Below, in pieces: positions 27,184-40,518 of a stretch of DNA of 54,587 nucleotides. Both the position numbers and the translations under genes were made by a program. Location of the stretch: positions 1 through 54,587 of the forward strand of contig NW_021826282.1 in assembly GCF_006345805.1 (NCBI RefSeq), in the 5' to 3' direction. Under the pieces are notes generated by a model. The model was not told the origin of the DNA, made no database searches, and saw only the letters and a list, made by a program, of their open reading frames with translations. Source of the DNA: Octopus sinensis (Eukaryota). Every line of letters begins with the position of its first letter. Within the stretch, counting starts at the first letter, position 1.

Positions 27184-27779
27184 TAATTTTATAAATGAAT
27201 AAGCTCATGCTTAATTGTTTATGTAGTTGCTTGTGTGGATTGCCGTATACTTGGCCATGAAGCTAAGATTTTTCTTCGCAATTATGGTGCACAGATTTCG
27301 CTTCCACCAAGCGGAATCTTCGGCTGCCATCTATCTCGAGAAAGGCACATGGTTACCTGCTTTTCGAGAGAAATACTCTTGCCGGAACTTTATACTCGTG
27401 TATATGCAATTGAAAGACCCATTCCTACTTGTCACACACTCTCGCCATGTTGATGTTTCTACAGAAGTATTTAATGGGTAGACGGCATCTACCCTTAATG
27501 CCTACGGAATTGGCAGCCTCTTACATTATTAATACTAATGAGAAAGATGGTGCTGCTCATCAGAAAACTAGAATAATCATCGTTCGTATCGATAGAGACC
27601 CGGATGCTATATTCCATCTATCTATCAATCTATCTGGCTGAATTTTGTCTGTCGACCTGTCTTCTTTTGTATCTATGTTCATGTATTTATATAACTATCT
27701 CCCTTCTTCTCCTACGCCTGTACTCTTACACACACACATACATAGATAGACAAGTAGATATATTGATAGATAGAGACAG

Positions 27780-27881
<102 letters not shown>

Positions 27882-27884
27882 CTT

Positions 27885-28076
27885 AAGGCAGCGAGCTGGC
27901 AGAAATGTTAGATGCTTAGCGATATTTTGTGTCTTTATATTCTGAGTTCAAATTCCACTGAGGTCGACTTTCATCCTTTCAGGATCGATAAATTAAGTAC
28001 CAGTTGTGTAACGGAGTCGGTCTAATTGACTGGCCCCCTCCTCAGAAATTTCGGGCCTTGTGCCTAGAGTAGAAAA
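27885..28076 (+). mobile_element. SINE family B (AGAGTAGAAA-tail variant)
   Basis: AAGGCAGCGAGCTGGCAGAAATGTTAG...GAGTTCAAATTCC...GGGCCTTGTGCCTAGAGTAGAAAAG. Confidence 0.88.
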
Positions 28077-28113
<37 letters not shown>

Positions 28114-28139
28114 TATATATATAGAGAGAGAGAGAGATA

Positions 28140-28174
<35 letters not shown>

Positions 28175-29790
28175 GGTAGTACTTTGATAATAGCATATAA
28201 TTTGTATGTATTATATACATTTACCCATACACACACACACACAAACACATTTAGATACATACATAACAGTATAGAATTTAGGGTATTAACGTATATTATA
28301 TAAATTTGTATATATACATACACACACGCGCGCGAGTATACGTGTAATGTGATTGTTTTAGTATTATCTCTTCTCTAAAAGTCTCGTTAATAATAATCTT
28401 CTTGTCACGCTCTCAACTTGACAACTATAGGAAACAAAATTTCGTTTCATTTGAAGTTTTGTCATCGAGTTTTCTATCAGCACATTCACATAACCACACA
28501 AACCCACCACATACATAACCCCAACCGTTGAGAAACACACGCACACATACATATAAATATACATACGCACATATGTAGATGTGGAGACACGGAGACATAT
28601 ATATATATTATATATATATATAATATATATATATATATACACTTAGAGCTTGTGACACGACGTAGATTACATAGATACTCCGACACAGACATAAATATAT
28701 ATATATGAGGCGCATGGTACGAATATCGATACACAATCAAGTGTTGAACTAATTCTCAAGTAAAGTAAAGTAAACAAAATTAAAATCTCCATATTCTCTA
28801 TGAAGCTGAATTCCCGTGTCATTTAGTGACTTCATCTTACATGACTAATGTAGCCAGTAAACAAAGCAAACTCTCTCTATATTTTATTTTATTGTATTAT
28901 CTCGGCCATCCAGCTTTGCTGCCTCTGTGCAACAGTTATTTTCGCGCCTTAACAAAATAAGTATTTCTTCGTTTCGCTGATTTCCTGGCTATACTTTACC
29001 GATTAAAGGCGTTCGCTCTGAACGGCGAAGTCATTTAAACATTTCGACGTTTCGAAGTCACCAGCGCAGCCGCAGCCGCAGCCGCCGCCGCTGCGACTGC
29101 GCAATCCCGCTCCTCCGCTACCGAATCGATACAAAGTCGAGTTGAAAGATTCATCGCTTCGCTATATCTACCGTTTACTGAAACTAATGTAATGTTCACA
29201 GTTCGTAATTGCGAGTGTTGATACACACACACAGACACACACACACATACATACATACATACATACACACATACATACATACATACATACATACGTACAT
29301 AAATACATATAATATATATATATATATATATACTGTACGCAGCTTGTAATGCGGGAAGTAAGTTTATATTTAGTTATATCTATATATTATGAATGGTTGT
29401 ATACGCACCGGCACACGCATATATATAAATGTGTGTGTGTGTGTGCGTGTGCCTGTGTATGTGTATGTGTGTGTGTATATTCATATAATGATATATATTC
29501 GTATACTAAGTCCAGAGATGAAATTGCGTATTAGTTATGGTTGTATAAATACATACAAAATACATTCACACACACACACACACATGTCTATATATGTCGA
29601 TATATATACATCCGTAAATACATGTCTGTTTACTGGCCACGTGGACAATGGTTCGTATTCCGGCACAGTCTGTTGGTTGTCGTTGTTTAACCCTGAGCCA
29701 GTCCTATTGGTGTACACCTATAACAAAGAGCATTTTATTCATGACCGCACAGTTCGAAGTTTCTTTACCCTGGTTTCTTTTATCTTTATC

Positions 29791-30225
29791 TCTTTTACTC
29801 CTTTTAGTCATTACACTGCGGCCATGCTGGGGCACTGCCTTGAGGAATTTTCAGTCAAAGGAATTAACCCCAGAACTTATCTTTTTTTAAATCCTATTGA
29901 ACTCTTTCTGAACTGCTATTTTCAGGGACGTAAAAACACCAACACTGGTTGTCAAGCAGTGGTGGGGGACAAATACACTTACACACGCACACACACACAC
30001 ACAACATATGTATGTATGCATGTGTGTATGTATGTATGTATGTATGTATGTATGTGCGTATGTATATATGTAGGTATACGACGGGCTTCTTCTTGTTCCT
30101 GTCTATCAAATCCACACAAGGCTTTAATCAGCCCAAGGCTACAGTAGAATACACTTGCCAAGATGCCATGTAGTGGGACTCAACCCAGGAATATGTTGTG
30201 AGGAGGCAAGCATCCTACCACACAA
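29791..30225 (-). mobile_element. SINE family A
   Basis: Reverse complement of the full A layout, including the internal (TATG)n. Confidence 0.85.
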
Positions 30226-30559
30226 GTGCACTTGAATACAGTATCAAGTGTGTTCTTTAACATCTGGTAGTGAATTGACTGCTATTTCTAGCAGGTCATG
30301 CATCCTCTTTTCGTACGCTCCAGTGCTGAGTTCTATAAGTATATATATATAACTGCTGCACTTCACAGTTGAAGGTGGTCTTGCTACTAATTTGTTATAC
30401 GCGTGCAAAGTCAACTGGAATGAACTGAGCGTCGGTATCCAAAAGTAGCATACACAAGGTGATGAGGTGTTTATATCAACCAGCGTTGCCGAATTCAACT
30501 TTTGATGTAGCTCTTGGGTGGAGTGAGAAATGATTCTGACAAGCTGACAGTCTCTAGAC

Positions 30560-30620
30560 CAGCGTTTTCCCAACTGTAAGTCCCAGGATAAATAAAATGG
30601 TTCGCAACGAAAAAGGCAAG
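30560..30620 (+). mobile_element. Possible solitary end of a hAT-Charlie-type DNA transposon
   Basis: CAGCGTTTTCCCAAC follows CTCTAGAC, which fits the NTCTAGAN target preference known for hAT-Charlie elements. No partner end was found. Confidence 0.3.
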
Positions 30621-30740
30621 AAAATTGTCAGGGTTTTTTTTATATATGTTGCTGTTGTTTATTGTTTAGCCCCTGGTCATCGCTGGATTGGTCTGAAATG
30701 TATTCAGAGCTATTTCAGCCATTTAGAGAATACTTTTATA

Positions 30741-30945
30741 TCTTTTAATCGTTTCAGTCATTAGATTGCGGCCATGCTGGGGCACCGCCTTGAAGAATTT
30801 TAGGCACCGAATTGACCCTAGTACTTATTTTTTCAAACCTGGTACTTATTCTATCGAACTATTTTGCCGAACCGCTAAGTTACAGAGACGTAAACGCACC
30901 AACATCAGGTGTCAAACGATGGTGCAATCACAAACACACACACAC
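30741..30945 (-). mobile_element. SINE family A, 3' half only
   Basis: GTTTCAGTCATTAGATTGCGGCCATGCTGGGGCACCGCC...CCGCTAAGTTAC...CACACAC. Confidence 0.8.
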
Positions 30946-31652
30946 ACGATGTGCTGAAAAGGTCTTGGCCTTAATGGTGAGTGAAAGGCACCTCCCTGAC
31001 CCTTTATTTTTCTTTTATTTTGTGGTGTATTTTCAAGATTGGTGAGAGGGTGAGGAGCTGATATTTTGATATTTTGAAAGAATTGTCAAGAATGCTTCCA
31101 GCAGAAGATACAAAAGTTATGATTTGTAAACCAGAGCAAATACTAGAATGTAACTAGGTCGATAATCTATCACCCTAGGTAACGGATACTTTATTCAGTC
31201 AGCTTGGACAGAAGAAAGTTGACCGTGGCAAGATTTGAACTCATAATACAGATTACCGAAGCAAATACTTCAAAGTTTTTGGAGGTTTTTTCCTGTTTTC
31301 TTGCGCTGTTATGGCTTTACCAATTCCATGCCAATGTGACACCAGTAACTAATGTTCAGCAACATTATCCGAGGTGTTTCCCTTTTATTCGATCCACACA
31401 TTTGACGGTGAGCAAGTTGAAACGCTGGAACTGCAGTGTGTGACCTGATTGAGTTTTAGCCCCTATTTTCTTCAGTCATCCTCTAAACACTCTCCCTTTT
31501 GCACGTGCACTCATTGTATTATCACATTTGATATATATATGTATTAAGTTAGAAAATATCGAGATCTAATGGATACTAATTAATTCATTAATTAATGAAA
31601 ATATTCACCTACAATTGCTTCATTACACAAACAAAATTAAAATTACACAACA

Positions 31653-32085
31653 GGCGCAGGAGTGGCTGTGTGGTAAGTAGCTTGCTTACCAACCACATGG
31701 CTCCGGGTTCAGTCCCACTGCGTGGCGTCTTGGTCAAGTGTCTCTGCTATAGCCCCGGTCCGACCAATGCCTTGTGAGGTGAGTGGATTTGGTAGACGGA
31801 AACTGAAAGAAGCCTGTCGTATATATGTATATATATATATATGTGTGTGTGTGTATATGTTTGCGTATGTATATGTTTGTGTGTCTGTGTTTGTCCCCCT
31901 AGCATTGCTTGACAACCAATGCTGGTGTGTTTACGTCCCCGTCACTTAGCGGTTCGGCAAAAGAGACCGACAGAATAAGTACTGGGCTTACAAAGAATAA
32001 GTCCCGGGGTCAATTTGCTCGACTAAAAGCGGTGCTCCAGCATGGCCGCATTCAAATGACTGAAACAAGTAAAAGAGTAAAGAGT
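31653..32085 (+). mobile_element. SINE family A, best-preserved copy
   Basis: GGCGCAGGAGTGGCTGTGTGGTAAGTAGCTTGCTTACCAACCACATGG...CATGGCCGCATTCAAATGACTGAAACAAGTAAAAGAGTAAAGAGT; colinear with 9121-9505. Confidence 0.9.
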
Positions 32086-32479
32086 ATATATAAGTATACA
32101 ATTTCCTATTTTAAATACCTTGGATGGAAAAGCATCAGGGTGTACCAAACGTATCCTAATGTAATCCTTCTACTGTCCTTTATACACCCTGACGTTTTTC
32201 CATGCAAGGTATTTAAAATGCAAAGTTATATATTTCTATAAGTTTTGTAATTTAAATTTTGTACGTGAAAGGAAACAATTGCAAGTGAATAAATTAATTG
32301 ATTAATGAATTAATTTGTATCCCATAGATCTCTCTGTTTTCTAACTCGATAATAATGTTTGATATTTAACGATATTTTATATATAATACATTCATTGAAG
32401 AAATATCTCTCCAAAATATAAGATTTTAAAGCAGTGTATCTTGGATAAAGTATCCCTACAAGAGGTTAAACCTTGTGAC

Positions 32480-32520
<41 letters not shown>

Positions 32521-32542
32521 GTATGTGTGTGTGTGGTGTGTG

Positions 32543-32588
<46 letters not shown>

Positions 32589-32599
32589 ATGTATAAAGC

Positions 32600-32800
32600 G
32601 ATCTGGCAGTATCGATAGTACACAGGACGAAAATGATTAGCGAGATTTCGCCTGTCTTTACATTCTGATTTCAAATTCCACTGAGGTCGACTTTGCCTGT
32701 CATCCTTCCCGGGTCCGTAAAATAGATACGATTTCAAACCTGGGAACGATGTAATCGACTTACCCCTCACCCTAAATTACTGGCCTTGTGTCAACACTTG
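32600..32800 (+). mobile_element. SINE family B, diverged
   Basis: GATCTGGCAG...TTCAAATTCCACTGAGGTCGACTTTGCC...GATGTAATCGACT...GGCCTTGTGTC. Confidence 0.75.
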
Positions 32801-32994
32801 AAACTGATGTGTGCGTGTGCGTGTGAACATTAAATATCCAACCTTTTGGGTTGTTTCATTAGGAAGTGACAGGTATTTTATGTAGAAGTGAACAATCGGA
32901 ATAGAATTGGTGATAACTGTTAACGTTAATGATTATTTGTTATATTTTGATTGAAAATTCGGGTAAAATATTCAGTACCCAACAAACCAATACA

Positions 32995-33400
32995 ACAGAC
33001 ACTGCGCATTGCCTTACAAGGCTGAAGAAACATTGGAAGGACAACAGAATTCGTAATCTATAAAAGCCGACTGGCGAAAATGAGTTCTGGTGTAACGTTG
33101 GGAAACGCGTCTTGGTTGCGGCTGCTTGAAGAAGAAGAAGAAGAAGAAGAAGAAGAAGAAGAAGAAGAAGAAGAAGAAGAAGAAGAAGAAGAAGAAGAAG
33201 AAGAAGAAGGTAGAGGAGGAGGAGGAGGAGGAGGAGGTGAAGGCGGGGAAGAAGGTGCAGCAATAGAGAGAGGGAAAGAGAATTGTACAAGAAACAGGAA
33301 GCCAAACTCAGATGGTCAAACGTGGATTTACAAAACGATAACCCATTTCAGGATCTGCTTTCAGAAAAGACACGCAACTGACGATGAAGTGCAAAATTAC
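32995..33400 (+). mobile_element. Degraded RTE-clade LINE fragment split by a (GAA)n/(GGA)n tract
   Basis: LTRLKKHWKDNRI before the tract and FRICFQKRHATDDEVQ after it resemble the RTE motifs ALTRLK.VW.D.SI and LRISY.DHVTNEEV, in the expected order. Confidence 0.4.
33128..33240. repeat. (GAA)n then (GGA)n polypurine tract
   Basis: Direct inspection. Confidence 0.97.
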
Positions 33401-33456
33401 ATGAATACCCTGATGCAATACCAAGCAGTGGCTCTCATAGATTCTTATCTTAACTG

Positions 33457-33982
33457 ATTGGAAGTGTTATCATGTACATTGTTTTGTCTTGGTATAAAAG
33501 ATGGGCTACAGTAAATATTCTGCTCAATACCACAGATTTGCTTGTCAGTTGTTTGGCCGTAACCAGTTGAGCGTGTCCCTTAGTGGCTGACGATATGTGC
33601 ATCTCTGATCACGAGCAGAAGTAGTGGGGGAGCATCATAGCCATGTGCTGAGAGGAATTCTTTGGGGTTTGAACAATCCACCACTGGAAACATTGATGTT
33701 TCATTCAAGATCGTTAAACAACCCTTATTCAGGGACCTTTTGAGCAGGATGGGCTACACAATCCGAACAAAATGCTAACTAAACGCTACCTGCAAGTTGA
33801 CACGCTGTCTATCTTGATATAAGATCACCTTATCGCGCACATGTGGTTGTGATGCATATACCTGGTGTACCCTTATCAGACGGGTAGTTATTATGGGTAT
33901 ATTGGGCTTCGTTTATTTGTACCCCAATGTCACTTTAATGGCATGTACTGCTCTCGCACTTAATAATAATAATAATATAATA

Positions 33983-34030
<48 letters not shown>

Positions 34031-34040
34031 TAATAATAAT
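33457..34040 (+). mobile_element. Family C: second copy with a (TAA)n tail
   Basis: Same start and end points as 26309-26830, followed by (AAT)n. Confidence 0.85.
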
Positions 34041-34485
34041 AATTGAGTATTGCAAAATCTCCGTGAATTGTAAAAAATGGATTTACTTGGAACTGCCCGC
34101 ATATGGCATAAGGTGCTTTCTGTCTGAGGTCTTTGGTGTGACTTGTCAGACCGCAAATTCTCTGGGGCATACAATATTTTCAATCTACAATAGTGCATAC
34201 TGAGTGACATCTTCAATAACAATAACAACAACAATAAATATTATAATAAAGATGGCGATGATGATGATGATGATGATGATAATCGGAGTATGATAAATGA
34301 AATTACAAAGAGATAAATACTGCCATACCATGTATCCAGGCAGAGAACATAACGCAAACAAGGAATCTTACTTGGACGATTCCAGTACCTGCGGAGGAGA
34401 AATTACAACTGGCGAAAACAAATCAGAATGAGGCAAAAGAACGATGCTGGAAATGAACTTCTTATCACACAGCCACGCATACGCA

Positions 34486-34565
<80 letters not shown>

Positions 34566-34782
34566 ACATGTATTTATTTCATTTCATATTTATATAACTA
34601 TATAATTATACAGATATACATAAATATACCTATATATATATAGATATATGATTGATTCTAGTTTCAGCTCACGAGCTGTGGCCATGCTGGGGCATCGCCA
34701 TTTATATATATATATATATTTATATACATTTATATATATAATATATATTCATATATACACATACATTCGTACATGTATATAG

Positions 34783-34823
<41 letters not shown>

Positions 34824-35930
34824 AATAAAAGAAAAATTTCTTGTACATTTTACTGGCCACTTTTAAATTGATTAACATTGATACAAACACCATCAGAACC
34901 AGCAACACTAACACTGCTATTAGCAACATTAACATCCTCAACAATAACACCCCACCACCACCACCACCACCACCGCCGCCGCCACCAAAATCGACGCCAA
35001 CTCAATCATTGTGCACACGTCCACCGTACTACGCACGTCGTACACCATCCCGTTCTTTCCCACAATCTGAGAACATTCGTTTAGTTCGTTAGAGATAGAC
35101 TGCAGATAACTGGCCGATGGAGTTAACTGAATGAAGCACTAAGTCAATGCGATGGTACGGGATTAAATTAAGGTAAACGAGACTTAAGTGTGTCGTATTT
35201 AATACACAGCGGAAACATTGCAACCGGCGGATATTTTGGATTACGATTCCTTGGTTGGTCGTAACGAGACACGAACGAGGATTTTAAAGCGTTCGTGAGA
35301 TGTGTGTATATGTGTTTGCGGTGTAATTGTGTTTATCATGACGGTGACGGCGGTGCTTTTTCGGCATTTATAGCGATGATGGTAGTGGTTGAGGTCGTGA
35401 TTCTGGTGGTGATGCGTAATTGAAGAAATTGGGGTGTAATCTGTGTAAGAATATAAACAGAGGAGGTAAATGAAATGGGTTTTGGTTCGTGTGGGGGTGG
35501 GTTTCGTAATGGGGGGAAAGGGTTAAATGACAGATAATAAAGATTCTAATCTTTATTATTCCACTGACGGTTTTTATGTGAATTATGTATGTGAGTATCA
35601 GGCGTTTGTCTGTGGATGTGGGTACAGTACAGGACTCGTGTGTGTGTGGTGGGGTGTACCTCTGCAGGTGAATGTGTAGACATGTTTGCATGTTTGAGTG
35701 TTTGAGTATGTGAGACTGTAGATGGAATATATATATATATAAATATGCGTGTGTATAATATATATATATATAGGTATATATATATGTATATGTTATATGT
35801 AGATATATACGTTTATATATATATATGTATATACTATATATATATTATATATATATATTTATATATATACATATACATATACGTATATATATAAATTCTA
35901 TATATATATATATATGTATGTATGGATATA

Positions 35931-35966
<36 letters not shown>

Positions 35967-36135
35967 TTATATGGTGCATGTGTATACATATATATATATA
36001 TATTGTGTGTGTGTGTGTGTGTATGTATGTATGCATAATATATATATATATATATATACTTTGATACTTTGATACTTTGATAGGTTTCGGCCATTATTGG
36101 CCCAGGCATGTCTAACTTAATAGCACCACCTGGTG

Positions 36136-36179
<44 letters not shown>

Positions 36180-36430
36180 TCAAAAACTCTTCACACAGGA
36201 ACTTAGTTTGATTTGAAACCCCACTAGAATGAAGGAGAAAGCGCTAATACATGATCTAAGTTATATGATGTATAAAAAAATGTAATATACAAATAAATAT
36301 CTGTAAATATAAACCATCCTATTTTCTGAGGACCTCATTTCTTCTAATATATATATATATTATTATATATATATAGATATATATTATAGCTATATATATA
36401 TTATATATTTATTTATTTATAATATATATA

Positions 36431-36476
<46 letters not shown>

Positions 36477-36750
36477 GATACATACATATATGCATACATG
36501 TTTATATATGGCATATATATGTATGCAGGAACATCAGTAAATTATAATTTTATGTAATATATTTCGCTCTCAAATAGACACACTTATTGCAATGGTCCTT
36601 CAAAATGAGCTGTAAAAGAACTCGGAACATTGGGTATTGAACCAAACCTTTCGCGATACCCTTAATGGCAGGAAATTTCCAGTAACCCCTCGTATATATA
36701 TATTTATACATTATTATGTAAACACAAATACGCATAATCATATAAAGAAG

Positions 36751-36955
36751 AAGGCGGCGAGCTGGCAGAAACGTTAGCACGCCGCGAGAAATGCTTAGCG
36801 GTGTTTCGTCTGTCTTTACGTTCCGATTTCGAGATTCAGTTTGCCTTTCATCCTTTCGGGGTCGATAAATTAAGTACCAGTTGCATACTGGGGTCGATGT
36901 AATCGACTGGCCCGCTCCACCAAAATTTCGGGCCTTGTGCCTAGAGTAGAAAAGA
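36751..36955 (+). mobile_element. SINE family B (AGAGTAGAAA-tail variant)
   Basis: AAGGCGGCGAGCTGGCAGAAACGTTAGCACGCCG...TTTGCCTTTCATCCTTTCGGGGTCGATAAATTAAGTACCAG...GCCTAGAGTAGAAAAGA. Confidence 0.9.
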
Positions 36956-37327
36956 TAATCATAAGAAGGAGAGAGAGGAAGATGGTCATGTAGAAGAGAG
37001 TTAGTTAAAGTGAGAGGGGGAAAGAGAGAAGAAAGAGATGGTGTGAGTAACCGAATGCTTGAAGGAGTGAGGAGAATTGAAAGTGTTTGTAGATGAATAA
37101 TTGTTGGCTGCAAGAAGAAATTAGATTGAACGAGAGAGAGAGAAAGAGTTTTAACTGAATTTTCAATATGTTTGTGATTTTTCGATGACACTCCACCCTT
37201 GTTTGTGGTGACGAGATTCGAAGCAGACATTTCAGCAGACATTGTCCACTTCTTATACAGATAATCTAGATTATTCGAACTTACAATTGAGAGCATCTGC
37301 ACACACACACACACGCTGTTAATATTC

Positions 37328-37535
37328 CTTTTTATTAGGGGCACAAGGGCTGAAATTTCGAGGAACAGGAATAGAAGATTATATGGAACCCAGTGTTCGA
37401 CTAGTACTTATTTTATTCACCCCGAAATGATGAAAGGTAAAGTCGACCGCGGTAGAATTTGAACTGAGAATGTAATGGCGGATGAAATGCCGTTAAGCAT
37501 TTTGTCCGGCCTGCTAACGGTCCTGTCAGCTGACC
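37328..37535 (-). mobile_element. SINE family B, diverged
   Basis: GGCACAAGGGCTGAAATTT...GGTAAAGTCGACC...CCTGCTAACG...GTCAGCTGACC. Confidence 0.75.
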
Positions 37536-37761
37536 ACCATACATAAAACGTTAATTTTAGAAAGCAATAAGGTGGAGAACCAACATACCCGTTAATACGC
37601 TAGGCTTATCGGCAGTGGTGGTCTTCTTCGGTCATGAGTGGAAAGCTATTATACACACACACACATTAAATACTGCAAGGAGGCATTCTGAGTGATGCTC
37701 TAGCGATTCCGATAATCTGTCGCTTTATCCCTTAACTTTTGACATAATAATATTAATCCTT

Positions 37762-37975
37762 TCTTCTAGAGAAACAAGCTCAGAAATGTTGTGTGAGCGG
37801 GAGTGGGGGCTAAACGACTGAATCGAACCCAATACGTTACAAGTACTTATTTTATCGATCACGAAAGGATGAATGGCAAAATCCACATCGGTGCAAATCA
37901 AACTCAGATCGTCAAGGCGGACGAAATACCACTAAGCATTTTGTCCGGCATGTCTTAACTATTCCGACATTTCGT
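37762..37975 (-). mobile_element. SINE family B, diverged
   Basis: AGTACTTATTTTATCGATCACGAAAGGATGAATGGCAAA...GGCGGACGAAATACCACTAAGCATTTTGTCCGGC. Confidence 0.7.
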
Positions 37976-38144
37976 CGCCATAATAATAAACGTATCAAGA
38001 ATACTTCCATTTATTTGCCACAAGTGCTATGAATGAAAGGAATATTAGATGTACAGATGACAAGTTAAATGGAATCAAAAAGTAAATTTACAAAGTCTAA
38101 AAATGTGCTAACACCTTAAGACCAGGTGAGGACTAATGAAGGAA

Positions 38145-38503
38145 ACCCGTGGTAAGACGCTTACTTCCCAACGACATGGTTTCGGGTTCAGTTTCACTGC
38201 GTGACACCTTCGTCAAGTGTCTTCTTCTACAACCTTAGGCCGATCAAAGCCTTGTGGGTGGACTTGGTAGACGAAAACTGAAAGACGCCCATTTTGTATG
38301 TCTTTCTGTCTGTGTTTGTCCCCCAACAACGCTTGAAAACCGGTGTTGGTGAGTTTACGTTATGTAACTAGCGGTGCCGCAAAAACAGATGGATAGAATA
38401 AAAACCAGGCTTAAAAAAGTAAAATGGTCGATTCACTTGACTAAAAATTCTTCAAGACGGTGCCCCAGCATGGTCGCAATGTAATAGCTGAAACAAGTAA
38501 AAA
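38145..38503 (+). mobile_element. SINE family A, diverged copy
   Basis: Colinear similarity with 31653-32085 from GTGGTAAG to GCTGAAACAAGTAAAA. Confidence 0.8.
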
Positions 38504-38947
38504 ATAATATATATGTATATATATATATATACACAATTTAAAATATAAGGGCAAAAGAAAAAAGATTTTCTATTTTGGATATATTTGGGGTACTTAGGTC
38601 TGCTCAGGACTTGGTGTTTGCTTTATCCATGGGTATGAGTAAGTATTTCACTTATATCTCGCGTATTTGCCACTGAAGAGGAGAAAATTCTTATGAATTA
38701 ACTCGGAAATTGGTCCAATACAGTAATAACGAATTAATTTTTAGAAAATTTCTATCGGTTTGTTTCGAGACGCATAAATTATAATGGTTAATTGACATTT
38801 TTTGTTTTTTTTCGGCCATATTGGCATTAGAATTTTCTTTTGCCCTTATATTGTAAATTATTTATAAATTTAACCTTTAAAGGATTTTTTGATATGCTGA
38901 CAATTGATGAAATATTTTTTCAGAAAAAAATTTTATCCTACATTAGT

Positions 38948-38985
<38 letters not shown>

Positions 38986-38994
38986 TATGTGTGG

Positions 38995-39025
<31 letters not shown>

Positions 39026-39144
39026 GTGTGTTGTGGTGTGTGTGTGTGTGTGTGTGTGTGTGTTCGTGTGTGTGTGTGGTTTGTGTGGTGTGTGGTGTGT
39101 GTTTGTGTGGTGTGTGGTGTGTGTGTGTGCGTGTGTTTGTGTGA

Positions 39145-39180
<36 letters not shown>

Positions 39181-39670
39181 GGATGTATACACTCTTGAAA
39201 TTCTGCATGTTCTACACAATTTTGTGCATTCGCACATGATTGGAACTCCTTATACATAATAAAATGGTTGACATGCGAAACGAAACGTATCTACTTCTGC
39301 AGTTGTGCATGTCAGCAACTTAATACGGGACGTAACATATATTACACCGCTGCATAGACCTACCGTCCAGCATGCCATTGCCACCACTTTTACCACCGAT
39401 AATACCAACAGCAAACATATAGCGATTCGCCACCCACACCGGGTCTCCGATTCCAAGATAAACTCTAGCAGCAACATGATTACCTCCCCCTTGCTACCTT
39501 ACCAGCGCCATCAGATCGTTTTGTATGTCATGTTATATCATTTCGTTTCATCTTACCGTATTGCTTAGTAAAATCTATCGATGTAGTACGATATTTCAAA
39601 ACGTTATATGAAGTTCAAAAGTGAAAGTAGTAATTTATCGGTGTATTTATATGTATTTATATACATTTTG

Positions 39671-39731
39671 TATCTATCTATCAATCTATCTATCAATCTA
39701 TCTATCAATCTATCTATCTATCTATCTATCA

Positions 39732-39799
<68 letters not shown>

Positions 39800-39801
39800 C
39801 A

Positions 39802-39867
<66 letters not shown>

Positions 39868-39868
39868 T
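39671..39868. repeat. (TCTA)n microsatellite
   Basis: Direct inspection. Confidence 0.97.
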
Positions 39869-40120
39869 TTCTCGTAAATTATGGGAGATTGTAAACCGAT
39901 ACCAAGAAGAGGTCATAATAGGTGAGGTATGTGGGCATCATTTTCCATAAGATATCTATCGTAAATTCCATTAATCGTGATATATAGGCATGCCTGTATC
40001 AATGTATATATATATATATATATATATATATGCATATATATATATGAATGTATTTATACACACATACATACATTCACACATACACACACATGTATATGTA
40101 TATATATACATATATATATA

Positions 40121-40163
<43 letters not shown>

Positions 40164-40483
40164 ATATATGTATGTATGTATGTGTGTATGTATGTATGTA
40201 TGTATGTCTGTAAATTGAAGGCCAAAATATCAATCGCATTGCTGAAATTATCTTTCTCTATTTAGGAATCTCGTTCTCCCTTGTTTATTTAACCTGTCAT
40301 ATATACGGTGCCCACAAATAGAGAGCCACTCTGACCTCTAATATGTGCGCGAGTGTGTGCGTATATGTGCCTTCAGGTTAGAAGGTTTAAGTGTACATGC
40401 AGAGTAGGTATGTATGCAAATGTATACATACATCAATATCTATATTATGATGTACACGCAGACATACTCATATATATCCGTGT

Positions 40484-40518
<35 letters not shown>

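Noticed and set aside
27227-27481. Acceptor-like AG followed by two overlapping ORFs, one with CVDCRILGHEAKIF (zinc-knuckle-like)
   Set aside because: The final Cys of CCHC is absent and there is no convincing donor or homology; at most a LINE ORF1 relic.
29389-30147. 252-aa ORF
   Set aside because: Spans microsatellites and a reverse SINE-A; chance read-through.
36550-37344. 264-aa minus-strand ORF
   Set aside because: Crosses a SINE-B and purine-rich simple sequence; no recognisable domain.
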